From: Lingula anatina | Lineage: Eukaryota > Animalia > Brachiopoda | Direction: 5' to 3' | Length of the DNA stretch: 64,000 nucleotides | NCBI GenBank assembly: GCA_051362555.1 | Contig: CM120648.1 | Coordinates: 8,614,587-8,678,586 of the forward strand | In this document: positions 1-13,932 of the stretch, one piece after another | Position numbering within the stretch: position 1 is the first letter of the stretch | How the letters are laid out: each line of letters starts with the position of its first letter | Notes under the pieces: generated by a model | Databases searched by the model: none | Told to the model about the DNA's origin: nothing | The model's input: only the letters and a program-made list of their open reading frames with translations | Translations under genes and position numbers: made by a program

Positions 1-421
1 CCGTTCAAACTTAGCTAAAATAGTTCAGAGGCAAATCGGTCGATGTGACGTCTGTTCGAACTAATCAATAGCAGTTGCAATTAACCCATCGCGCACTTGG
101 ATTTTAATCTTTGAACCATGGCAATGATCGGTTCGTTTACGCATACATTTTATGTAAATAGTTTAATTACTTTGGAACAATACATTCCATCAGCCTCATA
201 CATACAGTAAGATCACATATACATAGCAGATCTGATACACGCTGGCTAATTCGATAAGCGTTACCTACGGCCGTAAAAATCACCGGGAATCGATCCACCT
301 GAGGGTGGTGTGAATGTGTCCCCGGGAATCAATACACATTTCCCGGAGCCGTGGCTAATGAGTCTGACTGACGACTGGTTGAGCCGGAGACATAATATGC
401 CTCATTGTGCTTTAAGCCTTA

Positions 422-460
<39 letters not shown>
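422..460. repeat. Compound (GT)n(GA)n microsatellite
   Basis: Directly visible. Other simple repeats: (CT)n 1078-1112, (GA)n 9461-9495, (TA)n 22379-22430, 28080-28117 and 45628-45682, poly-T 61686-61732. Confidence 0.95.
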
Positions 461-1076
461 TGTTTGTATGTGTGTACATGTGCGTGCTCGCGCACGTGTT
501 GTGTGTGTTGAGGGGGTGTCTTCTTCTTATTGTCTACAATGGGGATACAATAGCCATATAGTGTATACTCAAATGACAATGAATTAGAAAAGGAGCACCG
601 GTCACGAAGAGAGTTTGGCGATTTGGCGATTGGGGGGGGGGGGCTTTCTTGTCTACAATGCATGATGATCTACATAGAGTATATTCAAATGACAACAAAT
701 AAAGAAGGGACACTCTGCAGTAACACAAAGTACTTGCCACAGTAGATTATCTATGTAGTAATACTATTGTGGTGCAAACCTTTCTCATATAATAATGAGA
801 AGTATCAATGCTCAAAGTACATGTTGTCTTTCTAGGAATTTGACTGTTTTATGTGCACCGTCACTGTCTTCTATCCTATTGGAGAAAGTTATTCTTTATG
901 TAGATAGCTGACAAATGTGGATATGCGTCTACCAGAGCACAATGACCAATTATTATTATTATTATTATTATATACGTGTTTGTACAAAAAGCCGTCCCAT
1001 GACTGTCAATGTTATTAGCATTGTATCCGTTTTGTACAATGGCACCATAATCGTTGCACGGTTGGAGATGCCATCT

Positions 1077-1117
<41 letters not shown>

Positions 1118-4100
1118 AGGGAGTGTTTTTTCTTAAGGTTTTTCTTGTTCGTTTAAAAGGAACTGCTATTTAATTTAATGTGAGTTAATTTAATATCAGT
1201 CAGCAGTCTCGTATGGCTTATCAAGGTACTAGTTGTTTATGTAAATAGGACTCTAAAAAAACAAATTATCCCCTTCTTAAAAATTTATCAGAGGCAAAAA
1301 GAAAGATATATATATGGCATTAAGTCCAGTAAACGCAGTCATTGATCCTAACACGACTTTTATTGACTATCCCGTTAACTTCCATTTATTGTTGAAAGTA
1401 TTCTTTTGGGGAGATTTAAGAATTTCTCATCGGGAAACTTTTAAAAATAAGCAAGGAAACGGGCCATCAATTATACAGCAAGCGACAAGACTTAATGTGG
1501 CTAGATCTGTAAGAAAGTCACATTTTGTGTCAGCAAATGGGAGATAATGGCGCTAGAATATATTGATATTCGTTTTAAGACACTCTGATGTCCCCAGCGA
1601 GCTTTTAAACCCATTATATACCAAATTTCTGGATGTGGTGAAAAGTCATTCTTTAAAATGTGCTATCAAGTTTTCTCTTTAAGATTATTTTTGGCTAGCT
1701 CTTAATGTTCATAGATACAGTGCAACAATTTTTCTAAGTCTATCGCGTAATATCAAACGTCAATCGTTAATGATATTTAACGAGTCTACCACATCTGACA
1801 TAGAATTACACGCAAGATTTACATTTTGCACATCGATTTTTCTCGCGTGCTTCTAGTTTCTCTTTACCTCAACAATCAAATATCACATATTCTTAGACCG
1901 TTGCGCTTTATTTCCCTTGATCGTTTTGTGCGTCTCCTATCTTTTTAAGATAAGAAGTGTAGATGCACGTTTGCAGTGAAATCACAAGACATCAGCTTTC
2001 ATTTCTACCATCCCAACACCTTTAGACAAAGATCTCACAATAAAGTTGTCAGTGCTTCCATAACCTTATCTTAAATCTGACGAGCGCTTGTTTCCATCGC
2101 CCTTCTATGTCCGACAGCGAAGACTTTGAGCGAAGTCATTTTAATCGGCTACGGTTGACAGAGCCTCTTTAGAGAGCATTGCTCTCTTTATGGGCATAAT
2201 CAATTTCCCTTACGAACTGATGACAGAAAGACACTTAACGTAGTCATTGCAGTACAATTGACCCCAAACAACGGGGGCGAGCCACTCAATCTAGAAGGCA
2301 CGCTCAAGTGCGAGCGAGAATCGATCATAAGAAAATGAAAAAAAAGGCACTTACCGGAAAAATTCTCAAGATATATATGTACAAAGTCCAAAATTGTGTT
2401 TATGTTTCTATACTCGGGTTGTGAGGGACACATTCTTTAAATGGCGGTCGTTCGAAATCTGGTGTGAAGTCACAGAGGGGTTGGTGCCCAATGATCAAGC
2501 TCAAGGTAGCCCAGCCGTAGGTATCGACCCACTGAATGGTACGTCACGCTTATCCTATCCTGTACGAATCTAATGGAGGACGGACTCCCTGTTATACGGA
2601 CTCAAGTTTTGTCACAGTGACACCGGCGTCGACTCTTAACAAAATGACAAACTGTTCAGAAAAATGGGTCGCAAATTTGTTGCAGACTTAATTTTTGCTA
2701 AGGGGGGAGTGCACTAAAATGACAAAGTGTTCACTCCTGGAGGGTATGCAGACATCACCGTACACAACCTCTTAATATACCGTGATCGGCTTTCATTTTT
2801 CAAATCAAAAGATCAATATCAGTCCACTTAGTCACCTAATCGTAATTTGAATATGGCGTGAAATTTCTGTGTGGCGGCCGATCGCCCTAAACACATCTTG
2901 CGTGTCAGAAGTCACTTGAAACTCTCCTCTATTAATAATACGCCGTTTCCAATAACGGCAAAAGAGGAGGAATTACAGAAAACCCCCTGAAACGCAGGTT
3001 ACTACATGTATGAAGCGCGCAACTGTTCGAAAGATGACACAGAGTAATCACAGTGACGGGATTGTGCCGGTTTTTTGTAATGCGTATTCAGGTGAAAAAA
3101 TACACGCAGAATCTTTTAGGATATAGTCTGATTTAGGAAGCATTATCGTGAATTCTTCACAGTTTCTTTGATTTTTTATCAGTTTGTGATATTTTTCGAC
3201 TCATTTCTTTCCCTTTTTTTTGTCTGCTTGATAAAATGTATACCTGCCTACCTGTCTGCCCCGCCGTCTGGCTGTCAGTCTGTCTGGCTGTCTGTCTGTC
3301 AGACTGATAACCTGGTAGCTTTTCTTTCACTCCTCTCATCCGTCCATCAATCAATTAGTCCTAATCTGCATCCACTCACCCGCTCATCTATCTTCAAATA
3401 TAAATTTTTTGCTGAAATGGCGGTCTTGTCATTCCTTTAATGTCCTTGTACATGATTTATCCCATCACTTAACGATCGCTTCGTAAATTATTTAGGGGCG
3501 TTATCAGATGAGCGGCAGGGCACAGGGGATTTGCACTTTAGATTTGCGATGTAGAGGAGTGAGAATGCCCCCATTGATGTCCGCTTAAAACTTTTAGTTC
3601 AGGTCCAAGTTTTTTTTTTCATGCTAAAAGTGTGCCATAAATTGTTCTTTGCACAAATGGAAGTGTCAATTTTCCTCTACGGGGTACGATTAATTTTATC
3701 GTCATAAAGCTACAGACTTGGCATTTAATGTGGAGAATTTATTCCAAATCATTTTTCTTTTTTTTTTTTGTTTTTGCTGATAAATGAAAACAATGACTAA
3801 CATTGTTTTAATAACTTTTAATAATCTGTACAATGTAATTGTGACATCGATGCATTAACTGAATTCACCTAATAAAGCAAACAAAAATACGTGGCCGATT
3901 CTAAATCGTACATCAACCATGAAAAGTGTTATTTTGATCTCCACATTTTCCAAATTATAATCTGTGAAAGAAAACAACACTATTATCTGCAAATACAAGT
4001 GCTCCGTGTGGAGGGATATTTTCATTTTGTAAAATGAAATTGTTCCTGAGGTGCCCCCGGCAAATTTGAGGCAGTTGGTTTTCACCAAATGGGAGGTAGT

Positions 4101-4739
4101 TGGTTTTCAGAATATTCCTGCATTTTATCTGGTTAAGGTTTCCAACGATGACTTCAAATAACGAACATATTTTAGCATATTACATATATCTAACATCTTA
4201 CATTTACTTTACTGTACTGAAGTACATTTTTACCTATAAACAGCACTGTCTTTGCGCGCGCGCGCGCGCGCGTGTGTGTGCGTGTCAAAAATATCCAGAC
4301 TATCGACCACGGTATATCTTACCAGCAAAAGAGGCAGCGACGTTATACAGTAGCTAACCAAGTAAGCAATGCATGCATGTCGTATTCTCACGAGAACTGA
4401 ATTAATCAATTGCAAATATGATTTTCAAATTAATTTCATTGCTTTCTTTAATGAAACAGGTGATGGTCATTCATGTATTTATGTGTTGCACGTTAGGGAT
4501 CATTTAGCCGGGGAGTGCGAGTACCCGATCGATTTTCTGCCAAAATCTCGGGTACACGGAGCAAGGGAAATCTCTGCTTCTGGGTTATTATCAATATAAA
4601 TATAAATATCAATATCAATGGACGTAAACGTCCTCCCCCAGGGCCGAATTTGAAAGTGGTTTTTGATGACTTTCAAAAGAAGAGAGAAAAGCAAGGGTCT
4701 TCTCATGACAATAAAAGCATGCTTCTTTCACAAGATTTG

Positions 4740-4990
4740 CAATGTTATTACATGTATAACGGGTAGAGTACATGTTAGAGATGCCAAATAGGTCCCTTAT
4801 ACACTTTGTTAATAAATTTGCACAAATTATTGAGTTCTTTTTTTCTTTTCTTTTTTGTTGAGAATAATTGACTTGATTACATTTGGTTTGATACATGATT
4901 TTCTTTGGGATAAATAAACTTCTTTCTACAAAAGAGGAGCAATTAAATATATAGTGATATTCACTGCTTATATCTTCTTTACACAAGTTA
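4740..4990 (-). mobile_element. 3' fragment of a non-LTR retrotransposon (LINE, L2/CR1-group-like) ORF2 C-terminus
   Basis: Minus-strand peptide CKEDISSEYHYIFNCSSFVERSLFIPK resembles the C..EyHyifxC..f..R C-terminal zinc-knuckle-like motif of LINE ORF2 proteins. Decayed, with no RT domain in the window. Confidence 0.55.
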
Positions 4991-5916
4991 CATTATCTCT
5001 AATTCCTAGGTTGTTTGTCCATCTTCGAAGTCGAGCACTATGGTCAAGGAAACGGGGGGCACGAGTCATCGACCGGAATCTCGAAAGTTCTCGCGTTCTG
5101 GTGGAGCAACTCGATTGCACCACCAACATGAGGCGAGTCGCATCTGCTGCATTCGTTAAACACATCGCGGCCCAACACATAAAAGGGTTGTGAGCTGGCC
5201 TGACAAGCATTTCCTAGTTTTATTAATGATCTTACGTTTTAAATTTTGAGTCTCATTTGAGTGAAATATAAAAAATAAGACAGAGTATAATATACATATA
5301 TTCATCCTATACGCCTATGTAAGTCATTTTCATCACCTTCCAAGTGTACTAGCTTTAAATATGAGCAACATTTCACTTTTGAAAACACTTTCAAATGTTC
5401 AAAGAATTGATTCAATAATAATTTAGACAGGATGATACATGTACATGTACCGGCATGCATGCCTATTTGTTTACTTTTGTTATCTTTCTTTATACTGTTA
5501 ATCGGTTTATGAGACTTATCTGAGTAACGCGAGGCAAAAGGACTCAAGTTCCCTATGTCAAAAAACTTTCAGAAAAAAGGGGGGGTATATGTACATGTAG
5601 TGCCTCATTTGAGATTGTCCAGGTGAATAACGCACAAGATGTACAATCATATACCTTTTTATAAATTGATTAACAAAGGGAGGGAATACTTACAGGTGTA
5701 TGTAACGAACTCAAATTAAAGCTGTTGAGACGTTTTATTGATAAGATATGCAAAACTGACCCTCGCAAGGATTGTTACTTGTGATTTAAAAGATACAGTT
5801 GATGACCCCCCAATTTACTCTGCTGTTATACCCCTACCGGTAATTATTCAGCCGCAGACCCCAGACAAGACGCTTATCGCATATGGGTGAATATTGTAGT
5901 TAGTTTAATACAGTGT

Positions 5917-5967
5917 ATATAGGACAGGCACATTTCCTGCTTACAAACTTTCTGTTAGGCCACCATG
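5917..5967 (+). promoter_or_regulatory. Translation start context of the monooxygenase gene (perfect Kozak GCCACCATGG)
   Basis: ctttctgttag|GCCACCATGG at 5948-5968. It is preceded by a pyrimidine tract plus AG (possible acceptor for an upstream non-coding exon) and a TATATAG at ~5917. Sequence alone cannot separate these two options. Confidence 0.5.
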
Positions 5968-8900
5968 GAGAGGATTTTAGTCTGTTCTGTGTTGTGGATA
6001 TTTGTGTGTGTCGTGATACATGTACATGTATGTAATGGTGATGTACCGGTAGCTGAGTCAAAGGATGGTGGAGGTTTTATCCACAGCGCTGTGCTCAAGT
6101 CTGGGATATTTTATTTGTTTTGGAAATATGACGACAATCGTATTACATTTGAAGTACAGGTGGGTTAGGACAATTACGGATATTTCTTAGTATTGAACTC
6201 GGGCTTATTTGTAATTCGCCATGGTCTCGTAATAATGATATACCGGTATATGGCGAAAAAATAGAACAAGTGGAAAGTTTGCTATTGCCTACATTTCATG
6301 CACATATATAGTTTAGATACATACATACATGTACATGTATTTACTAGTTCTCTTTGTCTAAAATATCATATCTTTATTCCTCTCTTTTTACAATTCGTAA
6401 AGGTTAGGACTGCCGGGTACGTAGGCGTAGGATTCTCACCGAAAGGTGGAATGGCGGGAGCAGATATTGTTTTAGCTTGGGTCAAAGACGGTCAAGTTTA
6501 CGTTAAGGTAATGTTGAATTTTTTGTCATTTTATTTCATTAATGAAGTGCATTTTGAAGTAACTCATGTAAAAATTGAGAAATGTAGCATGTACTGAATA
6601 GTTTAATACTTAAAATATACAAGTACATACCTTGGGAATGACAAAATACACTTCCACCCCCTCCTCCTTTTTTTATTTATTTATTTATTTATTTTTTTTT
6701 ATCAGGACTGCTTCGCTACTCACAACGGACAACCTGCCATAGATAAGACGCAAGACGTAAAACTTGTTTCTGGCAGCGAGAACGGAACGTTTACGACAAT
6801 CAGATTCAGCCGAGAATTAAACACGTGTGATAAGAATGATAGAGATATCACTGTGAGTATTTTGCTAGTTGAAATGATAATAAATACTTTCGCGCTAGGG
6901 CATAATTCGGTTCGTACTGTATGCCCTAGTTTTGCGAGATTAAGCCTACTTTGTAAATTGTGGCTTCGGAAAAAATTCTGATAAATGTTTATTTTTCTCA
7001 TATCATGTCAAGTGATATGATATTATTAATGTAAAAAACACCTGCGTCCTATTCAAGCACTAGTAGCAAAAATGGCTTGGGGTTATCATTCCCCTGACCA
7101 TCGTTTCGTTGCATCCTTCTTAGACAGTTGCAAATGATATTTTTAAGTACTTTTGGTCATACTTCATACTGGCAAGATCATACGAACGTTCCTCTTTTGT
7201 CCCTTAGTGATTTGCGGCTTTAATCCTATATTTCTAGAATATCAAATTGGTTCTTGGTCATTACGTCCCTTATTGTTTGATTACACTAATGGGTTTGACT
7301 ATATTGGTTCGATCCCACGAGTGCGATGTCACGCAAAGTTAAAGACCAAAAACATACATCGAAGCGAAATCAAAATATAGGCTGACACGATCTCGTAGTC
7401 TTTAATTGGATTTTTCATTCGTCTTCAGGAGGGCACGGTGCGGTTAATTTGGGCGTACGGCGATGCTAATCCCGAAACAGAGGCCAGTATGAACTACCAC
7501 GGCGTTAAACAGCGCGGGACAAAAAGCATCCAGCTCCTTGCAGCTAGAGCTGCTGCCGTCAGAACGGTTCCTTCCGATGCTTACAATATTGATATGCTTA
7601 ATCTAAATGTAAGTGTAATTATAACAGTAAACGAGCTGCGTTAAGCAGTAACTTATATACTTGTAAATGCATAAAGCTCATTAGTTTAGCATGGTTCCTT
7701 TTCACATCTTTTACTTCTTCGCCCCATTTTGAAGGACTTAATTATAATGTAAGTTGTACTAGTACTTACGCTATAGGGTTTTACTCCCTTTCATAAGTTC
7801 GCCTTTAACTGTATCGACTTAATCAAAATTAATCCGGTTAATCTAGTGAGAGGACTCTCTTTAGCAATAGCCAAGCTATTCATTTAATTGTTTACATTTA
7901 TCTTCCGAAATGGTGCAAAACAGTTAAGTCTATTATTGGAATACTTTTGTTTTCTGATATTCTACTCTCATCTATTTTGCTTTAAGACTTTTGCTTAAGT
8001 TATATTTCAAGATAAAGATCTCATTAATAACAGTATCATTACTCATAATTTTACCAAAAAAAGTTGAAATCGAGGCTGGTGTGACGTCATGATAATATGA
8101 GTACTATCGTTATCACAGCAACAAGTTAACGCTTTTGACATTGTTTTCGTTTTAATCTTTTTATTAAAATAAGGTATCATACTATCGAGCTACATGTACA
8201 GTACATAAAGACGTATTGCTTTAACAGAATTGATCTGATTTCTAGGTCACAATAAGGTCATCAGAGAGAACACTGTATTGGTGCCATGGAATCAAGTTGC
8301 CCTCTTTTCAAGGCGTACATCACGTGATAAAGGTGATACATGCTCACGTTTTCCGTTAAGCTGAAAATTTTGGTGGCGTTTTAGACACACACACACATAC
8401 ACACAGAGAGAGAAAACAGATACAGTTGACTCCTTAATGTTTATATTAAACAGAAATCAATATCTGTTTCTTGGTTTCTGAACAACCAAATAAAAATGTA
8501 CGGGAAAGATAGAATAATGCACTTAAATAATACAACTTGCTTAAAAAGCCAAAAAAAAAAAAAAAAATCAGACATCTCGTATCTTTAGTACCCCAGCACT
8601 GCACAATTAAAAACAACGCCAAACAATGGACTTTTTTCTTTAATCCTTCAGTACGAGGCGATTATCCCAGAGAAGCACAAGTGGCTGGTCCATCACATCT
8701 TCCTGTATGCTTGCTATCACAAGGTGGACGTAGACAAACACGACGGGGCGGCATGGCGGTGCTATTCACCAATTACGCCTCCTGAACTGCGGGACTGCTT
8801 CAAGGTTGTGTTTGCCTGGGACAAGGGAGGAGAGGTTTGTATGGGCAAGAACCTAGAAACAGGAATAGCTACTACTCTGCTTGTACAATTGAAGCTTATT

Positions 8901-9455
8901 GTAATGGGTATATCGGCTATCTTTTGAGCTCCCAAATACTATCGCACTAACTTTGGATCGAACTATCTCCAAGGGGATTCTCGCTTAATTGCAAGCTTGG
9001 GCGGCTTAGATGTCTGTCACACCTACTGAAGCTGATAGGGGGTAATTAACTATCGTTTAGCAGCTTTAGTAGGCATACCAGACGTCTAAGCCACTTGAGC
9101 CGAAAGCAATTTAGCGAGAGACCCCGTGGAGATGGACCGATTCTGTTAGATCGACCTAGGGAGGGGAACCCAGTCTTAGTTAAATACCTCTAGCGGTTCA
9201 CCATGCAGCTTTTGAATTAAAATTTTGCACAGATTGTTTGGTGCGTAATTGCTGGTCAACATTAAAAACTTAAAAATTTGAAGTGAAACAGTTTTGATAT
9301 TATCATCAAATTGCATAATTGATCTTATTTTCTGAAGTTTTGTCCCTTTCAGGCATTCTACTTTCCCGAGCATGTGGGGTTTCCATTGGGAGACGACCAA
9401 GGCCCAACGTTTCTTATCATGGAAACCCATTACAATAACCCATCTGGAGAAGAAA

Positions 9456-9498
<43 letters not shown>

Positions 9499-12400
9499 TC
9501 ACACGTTAAAAAAATAACGTAGAGATGATTTATATATTTCTTGGCATATAATACCGTTTCATACATAGCAAAAATATAAACGGGCATATAACGAAAAACA
9601 GGAAAGGTAAATCATTACTCTTAACCATCTTAAATATTTTTCATATATAGAGACGCCCTGCTTTTGGTTGTTCATGCACATTCAAGACGAGATATGGTAA
9701 TAATAACCATGCATTCTTCTGTTTAAAGTTCGTCAAGAAACCTCAGGTTTGCGACTAACTCTGATACCACGGCGGCGCCAGTACGATGCGGGTTTGATAG
9801 AGGCGGGAGTGACTCCAGTGAACATGCCGTTAATTATACCACACGGTCAACCCGGGTACAAAATCTGGGGATACTGCCCAGCGTCCTGCATTGCTAGGGT
9901 AAGGGAATAGTTTCGTTTTTGATTCAGTGCGACTAGTTGTCTTTTTTCAGTGAATAGTGTCTTCAGTAACCAACACTTGAGGAGTTCTGCCTTTAAATTA
10001 GCAGATCACACAATAAATAGAATTATTTGAGTGTCAGACCAAATACTAAATGTGCAAATCGCAAGTGTTTCTGTTATTATAAAAAATAAAAGTCTTATAT
10101 TTTCCAAATACACCATCACTAGGATTTTGTATTTTTCCGATGTCCTGTCGGTGTACGGGTAGGAGAGAGGGTCAATAATGGATTGATTATTTATTTCTTT
10201 CTTTCGCTGTTAACTTCAGGGTATGGGAGAAGTGAAAGAAATCAGGGCTTTCGCCATAACCTTGCACAGTCATCTTTTAGCAACGAAAATGCACATTCGC
10301 CAATTCAGGGATGGTATAGAGCTCCCCTTTTTAGCAGCAGATGAAACTTATGATTTCGATTTCCAAGAAATTCGCCATCTTAAAAAGGAGGTGGTTATAA
10401 AAAAGGTAATGATTATGCGTAAAAACTGATTTTTCCGTGCCCTTAACTTTATGTGTTTCCATTTATTTATTTATTTAACATTGTATGCAGTACATTTTAT
10501 CGGATATTATGTAATGCATTGTATTGAATTTTGAATGTAAATAGGAAATTGAGCTTCTCTCTCTTTATCAATAAATCCAATAGTTTTGAAGAGTTGCAAT
10601 GTAATTTAAGATATTAAAAATGTTCTTGATAAATGCTGAAAGATTCATGCCTCTACCTTAACAATCGTGTTTTTCGTTTTTTTTTCCTCACAGGGCGACT
10701 CGCTGGTAACAATGTGTACGTATAACAGCACCAGAAGAGATAACCCCACATGGGTAAAATACTGCTTTTTCTGTTCTAATATTATTTTTGGTACATTAGA
10801 GTACATTGCATCTGCATTTATTTTTAGTAATTTTTACAATTACAGAATACCATAATGCTGTGATAATTTTCCGCTATTCTAAAGTGAGCGCAGTTATTTA
10901 CATCTCGTTTGTTACGTGCCTTGAATGCAATTTTTGATTCTTTTCCACGAATTGATACAGAAAGTTTAAACTTTTTTATTACTGAGAAACAAAATTCAGT
11001 CACAACCCCTTCCAAAAAATTATGTGAAAAAAAAAAGGAGTAGAAGAAAAAGAAAATGCATAATAATCCCTCAGGGGTGCCTTAGAATTCCGATGTTGTT
11101 TTATTTCCCCCTTTTATGTTATTTCATTTATCTGTTTGACTGTAGATCTCATATTACTGATACACTGTAAACATATGACTTTAATTCTAGTTATTTGTTG
11201 ATGATAAATAACCTTGGAATCTCTAAAACGCCTTCTCTGTCCTCATAATGTTATACATGAATATCACTTTTTTTTATCGCCGATTAAAATATTATTTCAG
11301 GGTGGTTTTAGCACAACCTCAGAAATGTGCCTGGGCTATGTCTTCTATTATCCAAGAATCGACCTCAGTAATTGCGAAACGTCGGTGAAAATGGACAAGT
11401 ATTTTGATACCGTCGCAGAAAAATTGTAAGCCATTTTCTGTTGAAGTAGCTTTATTTCTTAATTGCAAAGAGTGCGTACTTGTTTGTTACAAAAGTTGCA
11501 CTTGTTTGTTACAAAAGTTTTACACTCAGCGAGGAAAGCGATGTCCAAATGGCATTTTCAAACCATGAATTAGGCAAAGTAGTCTCTGTGTCAATTTTTT
11601 TAAGCGCGTGGGGGTTATTTTTCACAAGTTTTCTCTTTTTTATTGGCTCTATGGGAGTTTATGGGTGTTTAGCGACATTCGTTTTGAATACTTTAACCGA
11701 TTTTGATAGTTTTTTTTTTTTTTTTTTTTTTTTGCTTTATGGTGCTTTTTTGGTTTTTTTTAATCATGTAACATTTTACAATAATCGTTTTCTTACCAAT
11801 CAAGTTGACATCCGAGCGTGGTTTTCATGTTTTTTCTTTTCTTTTTTTCAGGAATATTACCGGAGATAAGGATAACCCTCTTTACCGAGTGTTGTTCCGG
11901 AGGTACATTAAACAGTTTTTGGAATTACCTGGAGGCGCAAAGACCCTTCAAGAAATGGAATATACAAGCCCCAGGGTTCAGAAATGCCAGGGACCAACAT
12001 TTTTCGTGGTATGTTCAAAGGTTTCCCATTATTTCAATAAATGATACAATTAGCATAAGAAATTGAAAAAAATGATCGAGCGATTTTCTGCTAGATTGAG
12101 TCGTCATTATTTTTGTTTAATTAAGGAAGGACTTTCTTGTCCCTTAACGTGTTATCACTCCAAAACGTATTGACTGAACATGCTGGATATCAGGTAAACC
12201 TCTACATGTAATATAGAAAATATACCGACTGTTTATTTTTTGCTCAAGGTTATTTTAACAAATGAACAGTAAAAGTCTACACAAAATGTCTCTTCACAGA
12301 ATGATGTGGTACCGCCATTGAACATCGCCAGCCCATACACACCACCAGCGGGAAGATGTACGGGGCCGAAAGTTCTCAATCACAATGACCAGATGAACGC

Positions 12401-12728
12401 TTTCAATGAAACAACTCCGTCTCATGAGTGGACATCTCCGTCTGGTGACAATACATTTGCATCTAATACTAATTTGGGAAAGATTGAGGACAATCAAAGA
12501 TCTGTAGCAGATCCTGGACAACCGAAAAATACATCTTCTTGGCACACGAGCGGTCCGCTTCGTCATGATATTGGATTTAACGTTGTCCTCATCATTCTTA
12601 TCATATTAGCAATATTCGGATTGTTTTACCGTTATAAAGACAACTTTAAGTCCTTTGTCAGTACCCAGTGGCAAAAATACCGGAGAGTTTCGTATTCTCT
12701 TGTTATGAATACAGACACAGTGGCATAA
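5965..12728 (+). CDS. MOXD1: DBH-like monooxygenase (MOXD1 family; DOMON + copper type II monooxygenase N and C domains), ~708 aa, 13 coding exons
   Basis: Exons with GT-AG boundaries join in frame (2127 nt): 5965-6159, 6403-6507, 6706-6852, 7429-7608, 8246-8332, 8652-8834, 9353-9455, 9729-9898, 10220-10405, 10694-10753, 11301-11425, 11852-12008, 12300-12728. Signal peptide MERILVCSVLWIFVCVVIHVHVCNG. DOMON motif GYVGVGFSPKGGMAGADIV. CuH ligands VHHI and THYNNP; CuM ligands LHSHL and SEMC. YDFDFQE, GD.L.T.C.YNS and YYPR motifs present. The symbol denotes family, not proven orthology. Confidence 0.93.
8935..9170. mobile_element. Palindromic MITE family, copy 1 (monooxygenase intron 6)
   Basis: Internal inverted repeats (ggcttagatgtctg..cctactgaagct / agctttagtagg..cagacgtctaagcc; ctccaaggggattctcgct / agcgagagaccccgtggag). 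Related copies at ~54560-54750 and ~61207-61415. Confidence 0.7.
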
Positions 12729-12862
12729 ATGTAAGATAGCAATGTATTATGTTAAGATACGCCCCATCAGGATAAGCTGATCAGGGTGTAATTTTCATTT
12801 TATAATTTATATTAATTTTTTCGTATAATATTTAGTGGTTAGGAACACAGAGGAAAGGGTTA

Positions 12863-13298
12863 CAGGTGTACCATGAAAATCTGACTCCCCTAAAATGTGA
12901 CTCCCCAGTCAGATTTTCACCTTCAAACTAACAGAAAGTGCCAATGTGTCCTCCGTTATGCATACTACAAGATCATAGTCATTTACTCAAATAAAATGAG
13001 ATCACAGTCATGTACTCAAAATAAAAGACGATTTATGAAGTTTTGTGGAGGGGGAGTCAAATTTTCATGGGGGAGTCAGATTTTCATTATGAGCACATTT
13101 TTAATTTTCTTATTTTTTCATGAAAATTTTCACCTGCTAACTACAAAAAAGTGTCAATGTATTCCCATTTTACATACTACAAGATCACAGTCATATACTC
13201 AAAATAAAATAAGATTTATGAAGTTTTGTGGAAGGGGAGTCAAATTTTCATGGGGGGAGTCAGATTTTCATGGGAGTCAGATTTTCATGTTACACCGG
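12863..13298. mobile_element. Non-autonomous TIR element (MITE) downstream of the monooxygenase stop, with internal ~185-bp duplication
   Basis: TIRs caggtgtaccatgaaaatctgactccc / gggagtcagattttcatgttacaccgg, flanked by TA on both sides. Subterminal ggagtcagattttcat repeats. ~12915-13090 is similar to ~13120-13270. Confidence 0.75.
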
Positions 13299-13355
13299 TA
13301 CACGTTGCTTAATATTTCACAATGAAAGATTCAACCAAAGATTACGACAAAAACT

Positions 13356-13502
13356 TACTTATTATGCCCTCTACCAGGGTGGCAGATATTATAGGGAAAT
13401 TTTGAAAAAGTCAGAGAATGAAATGACTATTTATCTAAAGTCATATCTGTGAATATCTTGTGAAAAATCAATCTGTCGCCCTGGTAGAGGGCATACTAAG
13501 TA
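13356..13502. mobile_element. Short MITE (~147 bp)
   Basis: ~30-bp TIRs tacttattatgccctctaccagggtggcaga / tctgtcgccctggtagagggcatactaagta. Confidence 0.7.
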
Positions 13503-13879
13503 TGAAATTGAAAATGTCTGCAAGTCGTATTTTTATGTCTACCTCGAAGAGTTTCTTGTATATTTATCGTTAATTAGACATTAATTACATACTACAGTAC
13601 AGTATACTAGTACACGCGTGAGCAGTGTTAGTCAGTGCGTTGTCTAAATGATAGCAAAAAAATGGTATCATCCTTTTATCCACATCATACTGGAGTCACC
13701 GTGAGTAATATCGATAAGTGGAAATTATCAGCGTACAGAGTTTTCAATCTTGAAGTTCAACCCACTTCACGCGGATTCGCGCATTTTTTTCTCGTCTCGA
13801 AGTCAATAGTCTCGTATGATGCACAGCCGTCAGCTTCTTTTTCTGCTGTTTCGAATACACAGATAAGCATACTAGTAAC

Positions 13880-13932
13880 ACGTCTATGGTCTAGTAGTTA
13901 GAATTCCTGGTCTTAACCCAGGCGGCCAGGGT
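13880..13932 (+). pseudogene. tRNA-Glu pseudogene (3'-truncated; anticodon mutated to TTA)
   Basis: tatggtctagtagttagaattcctggtcttaacccaggcggccagggt aligns to the intact tRNA at 14079. T-arm and 3' acceptor strand are missing. Confidence 0.8.

Noticed and set aside
310-4600. Numerous 60-90 aa ORFs in the first 5 kb
   Set aside because: They run through microsatellites or low-complexity DNA with no domains or splice-consistent structure.
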